In this document: positions 1 through 5,243 of the stretch, in pieces
Position numbering within the stretch: the first letter of the stretch is position 1
Layout: each line of letters begins with the position of its first letter
Notes under the pieces: model-generated
Told to the model about the DNA's origin: nothing
Seen by the model: only the letters and a program-made list of their open reading frames with translations
Database searches by the model: none
DNA from: a virus
Lineage: Duplodnaviria > Heunggongvirae > Uroviricota > Caudoviricetes
Length of the DNA stretch: 19,305 nt
IMG/VR virus record: IMGVR_UViG_3300029828_000038
Span: 1-19,305 of that record
Direction: 5' to 3' (one strand)
Position numbers and translations under genes: made by a program

Positions 1-827
1 CCGGAAGTCTCTACCTGTTCTGTGGTCATCGCCTGGCATCTGATATCGAAATCATGATGCGTCAGCGCTTTAATGTGCTGAACCACATTATCTGGGCGAA
101 GCCGTCCGGACGCTGGAACGGATGCAACAAGGAAAGCCTGCGGGCGTATTTTCCGGCAACAGAACGCATTCTGTTTGCTGAACATTATCAGGGTCCATAC
201 CAGCCCAAAAATGACGGCTATGCGGCAAAGGGGCGCGAGCTAAAACAGCACGTCATGGCCCCGCTGATTTCTTACTTTCGTGATGCGCGTGAATCACTGG
301 GAATAACGTCAAAACAGATAGCGGAAGCCACCGGAAAGAAAAACATGGCTTCGCACTGGTTTGGTACCAGTCAGTGGCAGTTACCAAACGAGGGTGATTA
401 CAACAAATTGCAGGCGTTGTTTGCGCGTGTTGCGGCAGAAAAACATCAGCGCGGGGAACTGGAAAAGCCACACCACCAGCTGGTCAGCACATACAGTGAA
501 CTGAACCGGCAATATGCCAGCCTGCTGGAAGAGTACAAATCCCTGCGGCGTTATTTTTCCGTATCGGCAGCCGTTCCTTATACGGATGTCTGGACGCATA
601 AACCCGTGCAGTTTTATCCGGGCAAACATCCCTGTGAAAAACCGGCGGATATGCTCCGGCAAATAATCAATGCCAGCAGTCGCCCTGGTGATTTGGTTGC
701 TGATTTTTTTATGGGGTCTGGCTCAACAATAAAAGCGGCACTTTCACTGGGACGCCGTGCGATTGGCGTGGAACTGGAGGAAGAGAGATTTAATCAGACT
801 GTAAGTGAAATAAAAAATAATCGTTAA
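1..827 (+). CDS. DNA methyltransferase, N6-adenine/N4-cytosine (PF01555-like) family; 5' end lies outside the window
   Basis: Reading frame is open from window position 3 with no stop, through the track ORF 54..827. The protein carries HPCEKP (HPTQKP-like) followed by DLVADFFMGSGST (FxGxG AdoMet motif) and GRRAIGVELEE, the characteristic C-terminal half of this family. The DPPY-type motif would be upstream of the window. Confidence 0.75.
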   Translation, partial: GSLYLFCGHRLASDIEIMMRQRFNVLNHIIWAKPSGRWNGCNKESLRAYFPATERILFAEHYQGPYQPKNDGYAAKGRELKQHVMAPLISYFRDARESLGITSKQIAEATGKKNMASHWFGTSQWQLPNEGDYNKLQALFARVAAEKHQRGELEKPHHQLVSTYSELNRQYASLLEEYKSLRRYFSVSAAVPYTDVWTHKPVQFYPGKHPCEKPADMLRQIINASSRPGDLVADFFMGSGSTIKAALSLGRRAIGVELEEERFNQTVSEIKNNR

Positions 828-1426
828 ATACGGATAACATTATTTCTGAAATTAAGAAATAATAGAAATATATACATATGTTTACGAATATTAACGTGAA
901 TTTCCATTGAAAAGAGAACAGGCATCATTAGTATTAATTTGAGTTCCGAGGGTATACCCCGAAGAACCAGTGCCGACTTAGTTCAGCAATCAGAGCAGGT
1001 GGCTTGTAACATCAGGTCACCAGTTCGATTTCTCAGTCGGTACCGTATGCGGGTCGATTCCCGCTGTTCCAGAAGTAACGAGATAGGTAGTTTTGGGCGC
1101 TGGCACATTAAATATGTGGGATGTTTCACCCTCTCTCCTTACCGCATCCAGCCTGTAATGAAAGTTATTTGTTACGGTACCAGTGCCATCTTTTTACAAT
1201 AGCGGAATGGTGCATTATTGGTAGATATTTTGTATTTCATGGCAGGGTCGGTGATGCATCATTCCGGTGTTGTAAATAACACCGCCGGGGTGTTCCTCAG
1301 TGCGGGGGTGGTTCAAGAGTCGGTTTAGCGGGAAGCCACAGTATCCATACAGTATGGAGTACTTCGGGAGGCACCCGACGCCCTGGTTTTACTACAATAA
1401 AAATAACTTATCTTCTGCATTGACCA

Positions 1427-1452
1427 GCCGCCCCCACCGGGCGGTTTTTTTA
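1427..1452 (+). terminator. Intrinsic terminator-like hairpin plus T-tract
   Basis: Stem CCGCCC (1428-1433) / GGGCGG (1439-1444) with loop CCACC, followed by T7 (1445-1451). No coding sequence overlaps it. Confidence 0.55.
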
Positions 1453-1536
1453 TTCTGAATTCCCCAAAAAAAGAAAACACGGACACTGATAATGCCCGTG
1501 TGGCAATGCCATGTAAGTCAGCGATGAATATGGCGC

Positions 1537-1570
1537 AAAAAAAAAGCGCGGCTGTCGGATTAAAGCCGCG
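1537..1570 (-). terminator. Intrinsic terminator-like hairpin plus U-tract on the minus strand
   Basis: A9 at 1537-1545 on the + strand (U9 following the hairpin on the minus strand). Stem CGCGGCT (1547-1553) / AGCCGCG (1564-1570) with a 10-nt loop. Convergent with the + strand terminator at 1427..1452. Confidence 0.4.
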
Positions 1571-1829
1571 GGACAAAGTCCGTGAAGAAGAATAAGCATC
1601 GGTCTCCTCCAGGAGACGAGTTGATATTACTAAGCTTTAAAAATGGTTTAAATCCCCGTATTAACCTTAATTTCAGATAAGCTTTATTTCATTTCTTCGC
1701 GCCACGCCCGGCGCATATCAAAAAGCCACAGAGCCTTTCAGGGGTGAGCTTACGGGATGGTCAGTGTGACTTTCTCTGTGGGCTGGTCACCCCGGGGCGC
1801 AGGCTCACCCACTAAAAGGAAAAGTCACG

Positions 1830-2255
1830 ATGTTTGGTATTTTCAAAAAGAAAACCCGCAAGGCCATTACTGAAGTAAAGAAAATGGAGAACCGCGACGC
1901 AGTGGAGGCGACCGTCTGGGGTGCGTATTCCATCGCATTCGCCGACGACACCTGTGACGCGAAAGAAGTCGCGGTACTGGAGAAAACCATTGCAGCACTT
2001 CCTGCCTTTGCGCCGTTCTCCGGTGAGATTGCACAAATGAGTGCAAATATCCGCGCCCGTTATGAAGCGTCGCCGCGCTCTGCCAATGCTGAAGCCCTTC
2101 GTCAGCTGGCTGACGTGGCAGGTACTGATGACGCAGTTAATGTGCTGTGCCTGTGTCTGGATATCGCTGACCAGGATGGCATTGGTCCGGATGAAGAAGC
2201 ACAACTCAAGAAAATTGCTCAGGCACTGCAGTTGCCGCTGGAGCAGTACCTGTGA
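1830..2255 (+). CDS. TerB-like (tellurite-resistance TerB family) protein, phage cargo gene
   Basis: ATG at 1830 preceded by AAAGGAAAAG. The 141-aa product has the TerB-type acidic motif DIADQDGIGPDEEAQLKKIAQAL and predicted helical character. It sits between terminator-like hairpins, upstream of the lysis genes. Confidence 0.7.
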   Translation: MFGIFKKKTRKAITEVKKMENRDAVEATVWGAYSIAFADDTCDAKEVAVLEKTIAALPAFAPFSGEIAQMSANIRARYEASPRSANAEALRQLADVAGTDDAVNVLCLCLDIADQDGIGPDEEAQLKKIAQALQLPLEQYL

Positions 2256-2404
2256 AAAGTGCGCGCCTTGTGCTGGCTGCCATCCTGCTGTTTCTGGTAG
2301 TGGTGGTGGATTTCACCGGACGGCTGATGTCGGTGCTGGCAGATGGTGTGCTGGTGGCGATGGCGCTGGCCGTACTCCGGCCTTTACTGCGCAAATCTGA
2401 ATAA
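2252..2404 (+). CDS. Small hydrophobic two-helix membrane peptide (50 aa), translationally coupled to the TerB-like gene; not in the ORF track
   Basis: GTG at 2252-2254 overlaps the TerB stop TGA 2253-2255 (GTGA), with GGAG at 2240-2243 upstream. Hand translation: (M/V)KSARLVLAAILLFLVVVVDFTGRLMSVLADGVLVAMALAVLRPLLRKSE, stop TAA 2402-2404. Codons are CTG/GTG-rich. It falls below the apparent 60-aa cutoff of the track. Confidence 0.4.
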   Translation: MKSARLVLAAILLFLVVVVDFTGRLMSVLADGVLVAMALAVLRPLLRKSE

Positions 2405-2455
2405 CACCACACAAAAGGCATCTGCGGGTGCCTTTGACGGGGTGTTGTTTTTTAC

Positions 2456-2477
2456 GGGCCGCTGGTGGCCCTTTTTT
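2456..2477 (+). terminator. Intrinsic terminator-like hairpin plus T-tract upstream of the lysis genes
   Basis: Stem GGGCC (2456-2460) / GGCCC (2467-2471) with loop GCTGGT, then T6 (2472-2477). A second hairpin AGGCA/TGCCT lies at 2416-2433. Confidence 0.5.
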
Positions 2478-2495
2478 ATTTACAGGAGAAAAAGT

Positions 2496-2888
2496 ATGTC
2501 TGAACCCTTATCCGGTTCCGGCACGGCTGCGGCGCTCGGCGGGGCGACGGTATTCGGGCTGTTTACCGGAACGGATTTCGGGATTGTGTTTGGTGCGTTC
2601 GCCGGGGCGTTGTTTGTGGCAACGATGCCGCAGAAGATTTCAGCCTGGCGTGTGGCGGCACATTTTCTGGTGTCGTTCATTGTTGGTGTACTGGGGGCGC
2701 GTGTACTGTCAGCCTGGATTGCATCAAAAACAGGTTATGACGGTACATCTGCGGATGCACTGTGTGCGGTGCTGGTGGCGGTGGTGTCGGTGAAGATTCT
2801 GTCGTTCATCCACCAGCAGGATATCGCATCACTGGTGTCCGGCCTGTTCTCGCGCCTGCGGGGTGGAGGAGGCGGCAATGTTAAGTAA
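2496..2888 (+). CDS. Putative holin / lysis membrane protein (three predicted TM segments)
   Basis: ATG at 2496 preceded by ACAGGAGAAAAAG; this is the in-frame internal start of track ORF 2343..2888. The 130-aa product has three hydrophobic segments and a charged Gly-rich C-terminus, and lies immediately upstream of the endolysin. Confidence 0.55.
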   Translation: MSEPLSGSGTAAALGGATVFGLFTGTDFGIVFGAFAGALFVATMPQKISAWRVAAHFLVSFIVGVLGARVLSAWIASKTGYDGTSADALCAVLVAVVSVKILSFIHQQDIASLVSGLFSRLRGGGGGNVK

Positions 2889-3153
2889 CCTTCCCGGATT
2901 GCTGAATGTGGCGTTATGCACGGTTATCGTGCTGACGCTCTTTTTTTATCGTCGCCGTGATTCCAGACATAAACCGCTGATGTCATGGCTGGCCTGGCTA
3001 CTGATGCTGCTTTATGCCTTTGCACCACTCAGCTATCTGTGCGGTCGCCCGTTAGCGGCGAACTGGCTGGCGGTGGGGCTTAATCTGCTGTTCTGCGTGC
3101 TGGTGATACGTGCACGCGGGAACGTCACAAAAATCTTTCCAATGTTGAGGTGA
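2878..3153 (+). CDS. Second lysis-cassette membrane protein (holin/antiholin-like, about three TM segments)
   Basis: ATG at 2878 preceded by GGAGGAGG, overlapping the upstream gene by 11 nt. The 91-aa product is hydrophobic with basic loops (FFYRRRDSRHK). Its stop TGA 3151-3153 is 2 nt before the endolysin start. Confidence 0.5.
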   Translation: MLSNLPGLLNVALCTVIVLTLFFYRRRDSRHKPLMSWLAWLLMLLYAFAPLSYLCGRPLAANWLAVGLNLLFCVLVIRARGNVTKIFPMLR

Positions 3154-3155
3154 AT

Positions 3156-3533
3156 ATGTCGGGTAAATTCAGATTCAGCCGTCGCAGTGAAAAAAATCTG
3201 GAGGGCGTCAAACCACAGCTGGTTGCTGTCGTTCGCCGTGCGCTGGAGCTGACGGAGGTTGATTTCGGTATTACGGAAGGCCTGCGCAGTAAGTATCGCC
3301 AGAAACAGCTGGTTGCGGCAGGGAAAAGCCAGACCATGAACAGCCGCCACCTGACAGGTGATGCGGTGGATGTTGTGGCCTACATTGGCAGCCAGGTGTC
3401 ATGGGACTGGCCTCTGTACGAGAAAATAGCGCAGGCATTTAAGCAGGCTGCCGCAGAGCTGGGAACTACCATCGAATGGGGCGGTGAGTGGCGGTCCTTA
3501 AAGGACGGGCCTCACTTTCAGTTGAAACGCTGA
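3156..3533 (+). CDS. Endolysin, L-alanyl-D-glutamate peptidase (peptidase M15 / VanY-like, phage T5 Lys-like)
   Basis: ATG at 3156 with GAGGTG upstream. The 125-aa product has the T5-Lys-like pattern: KFRFS..SEKNL..VKPQL..RRALEL, the zinc-ligand motif SRHLTGDAVD, and C-terminal EWGGEW...DGPHFQL. Confidence 0.85.
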   Translation: MSGKFRFSRRSEKNLEGVKPQLVAVVRRALELTEVDFGITEGLRSKYRQKQLVAAGKSQTMNSRHLTGDAVDVVAYIGSQVSWDWPLYEKIAQAFKQAAAELGTTIEWGGEWRSLKDGPHFQLKR

Positions 3534-3547
3534 TAACCAGGTGTGTT

Positions 3548-3730
3548 ATGAGCAGAAAACACTGGACACACAGAATGCCGCGAACGGCGGCGAAATGGGC
3601 ACTGGTAGCGATACTGGTGCCTTTTTTATTGGTGGGATGCGTCAGCCTGGATAAGGCGCGCCAGCTTTTCGATACGGCTTCTCAGGTCTGCGAAATTGTT
3701 GACGGTGTTCGGCAGTGTCTGCAGAACTGA
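3548..3730 (+). CDS. Small outer-membrane lipoprotein, lysis-associated (spanin-like position)
   Basis: ATG at 3548 with AGGTG upstream. Signal peptide with basic n-region, hydrophobic core and lipobox LVGC. The mature part is 30 aa (CVSLDKARQLFDTASQVCEIVDGVRQCLQN), with Val at +2 and three Cys. It starts 14 nt after the endolysin stop. Confidence 0.6.
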   Translation: MSRKHWTHRMPRTAAKWALVAILVPFLLVGCVSLDKARQLFDTASQVCEIVDGVRQCLQN

Positions 3731-3901
3731 TCGCCCGTAAGAGCAGAATATTTTGCTGAAAAATGAAGGATGCGTCAGCGCCCGGAAAGCATGAAATTCT
3801 GTGTTTGCGGTCATTCAATAAAATAAATTCTTTCTTTCGCCGCGAATACTCAAATGTTGATCAGCGCCAGGTGCGGCGACGGGCTTCGATATCAGGAGAC
3901 G

Positions 3902-4180
3902 ATGATGGGAAAAACAGAAAACAAACCGATTTTAGTTGGTGTCGCGTCTATTCCGTTTAAGTTTGAACTGTCACAACTGGTGGAAGTATGCATCAGTGAT
4001 GAATGGGGTGAGGTTAAAGCTCGCGCTCAGTATGCAGATGGCGAAAACCAGTACTTGCTCCACTACAAAGCTGCTGATGGTCGTGCCACGACGGAGTGGT
4101 TTGGTGAATCAATGCTGGAAGCAACAGAAGATGCTCGTCATCCGGGCTGTCCGGTATTTGCCTTCATGAAATTACCGTAA
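3902..4180 (+). CDS. Hypothetical protein (92 aa, soluble), candidate cargo gene
   Basis: ATG at 3902 preceded by TCAGGAGACG. No TM segment or recognisable motif. It is preceded by a 170-bp AT-rich spacer and followed by the palindrome GTTACTGAGTAAC (4190-4202) and the hairpin GCAGCCC/GGGCTGC (4213-4235). Confidence 0.5.
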   Translation: MMGKTENKPILVGVASIPFKFELSQLVEVCISDEWGEVKARAQYADGENQYLLHYKAADGRATTEWFGESMLEATEDARHPGCPVFAFMKLP

Positions 4181-4262
4181 GGTGCGGTAGTTACTGAGTA
4201 ACAGGCATTACAGCAGCCCTTCAGTGAGGGGCTGCGATAATGCCGGTATTAAGGAGATTCCA

Positions 4263-4613
4263 ATGCCATCACGAATCCCCCGCGCATGCCGTAAGCGAGG
4301 TTGCGCAGGCACGACAACAGACAGCTCTGGCTACTGCGATAAACATCGGGGTGAAGGCTGGGTGCAGCACCAGCGCGGACTGAGCCGCCACCAGCGTGGC
4401 TATGGCTCAAAATGGACGGTGATTCGAGCCCGTATTCTGAAGCGCGATAAAGGTCTGTGTCAGTTGTGTCTGCGTGTCGGTGTGGTGCGCGAGGCGAAAA
4501 CTGTCGACCACATCATCCCGAAAGCACATGGCGGAACAGATGCAGACAGCAACCTGCAGAGTCTGTGCTGGCCCTGCCACAAAGCGAAAACAGCGCGCGA
4601 ACGAATCAGGTGA
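4263..4613 (+). CDS. HNH endonuclease (packaging-associated, HK97 gp74-like position)
   Basis: ATG at 4263 with AAGGAG upstream. The product has Cys-rich zinc-finger-like CRKRGCAG...CDKH and the HNH core DHIIPKAHGG...N...CWPCHKAKT. It lies directly upstream of the terminase small subunit. Confidence 0.85.
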   Translation: MPSRIPRACRKRGCAGTTTDSSGYCDKHRGEGWVQHQRGLSRHQRGYGSKWTVIRARILKRDKGLCQLCLRVGVVREAKTVDHIIPKAHGGTDADSNLQSLCWPCHKAKTARERIR

Positions 4614-4760
4614 TAATTATTCTCACTTGTGGGGAGGGGCGGGTAAAATCCCTGCAGCCCTGGCTGCTCAGTACCGCCGCCTGACCTTTCCTCGCATCGC
4701 CGCAGGTTCGAAAACTTTTTTTTGGGAATGCGATCAAACGATTGATAGGTAAAACCGATT
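4614..4760. other. Candidate cos / packaging-initiation region between HNH endonuclease and terminase small subunit
   Basis: A 147-bp non-coding gap with G-rich GGGGAGGGGCGGG, the hairpin GCAGC-CCTG-GCTGC, the GC block CCGCCGCCTGACC and a T9 run. The position matches the cos site of HK97-like phages. The exact cut site cannot be determined. Confidence 0.3.
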
Positions 4761-5243
4761 ATGTCAGGACCCCCGAAAACCCCGCCACGCCTGCATTTGA
4801 TACGAGGCAACCCATCAAAGCGCCCCGTTAAAGACCCCAAAAAAACCGCTAAAAAGGACGAAAAAGGTCTCCCTAAAATTCCGCAACATTTAGGGGCGCA
4901 GGGGAAGTACTGGTTCAGGCGAATGGCGGAAGAACTGAATGCGGAAGGGATCATTTCTCAGCTTGATGCGCGTGCACTCGAGTTGCTGGTGGAAGCCTAC
5001 ACCGAATACCGGCATCACTGCGAAATACTCGATGTTGAGGGTTATACCTACCGCACGGAAACGCAGAACGGTGATGTGCTGATTAAGGCACACCCGGCTG
5101 CTGCGATGAAAGCGGATGCCTGGAAGCGGATCCGGGCGATGCTTGCAGAGTTTGGTATGTCACCGGCAAGCCGGGCGAAAGTAAATACCGCCGGACCGGA
5201 TGATGTTGATCCGCTGGCGGAACTTTTAAAAGCGAGAGACTGA
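4761..5243 (+). CDS. Terminase small subunit, P27 family
   Basis: 160-aa product with a basic N-terminus (PKTPPRLHLIRGNPSKRP...) and the P27-family core YWFRRMAEEL...LDARALELLVEAY...HPAAAMKADAWKRIRAMLAEFGMSPASRAK. Its stop overlaps the large-subunit start (TGATG). Confidence 0.85.
   Translation: MSGPPKTPPRLHLIRGNPSKRPVKDPKKTAKKDEKGLPKIPQHLGAQGKYWFRRMAEELNAEGIISQLDARALELLVEAYTEYRHHCEILDVEGYTYRTETQNGDVLIKAHPAAAMKADAWKRIRAMLAEFGMSPASRAKVNTAGPDDVDPLAELLKARD

Noticed and set aside
972-1075. Intact tRNA gene calls
   Set aside because: No complete cloverleaf could be built by hand. The anticodon stem of the first candidate does not pair, and the second has a 6-nt T-loop and no matching acceptor stem. 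Kept only as possible tRNA remnants.
939-1202. 87-aa + strand ORF in the non-coding spacer
   Set aside because: TTG start, no RBS, and it runs through the tRNA-like and palindromic elements. The translation has no protein-like features.
1325-1576. 83-aa minus-strand ORF, and a 49-codon minus-strand frame starting at ATG 1599 with a strong GGAGGAG upstream
   Set aside because: Both read through the two terminator hairpins and the A/T runs (poly-Phe/Lys stretches). The apparent SD is one arm of the GTCTCC/GGAGAC palindrome.
2041-2495. Track ORF 2041..2400 and the upstream extension of the holin ORF from 2343
   Set aside because: 2041..2400 overlaps the TerB-like gene out of frame with a Cys/Arg-rich translation. 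The 2343 extension crosses the terminator hairpins, whereas ATG 2496 has a strong RBS.
3488-3547. Upstream GTG start (3488) for the lipoprotein and the overlapping ORF 3763..3960
   Set aside because: The GTG 3488 start overlaps the endolysin by 46 nt with no RBS, while ATG 3548 has AGGTG and gives a canonical signal peptide. 3763..3960 overlaps the RBS and start of the 3902 gene in another frame.
4457-4752. Track ORFs 4457..4684 and 4474..4752 across the HNH 3' end and the putative cos region
   Set aside because: Out of frame with the HNH gene, no RBS, Arg/Cys-rich translations. The region is better explained as the HNH coding sequence plus non-coding cos DNA.
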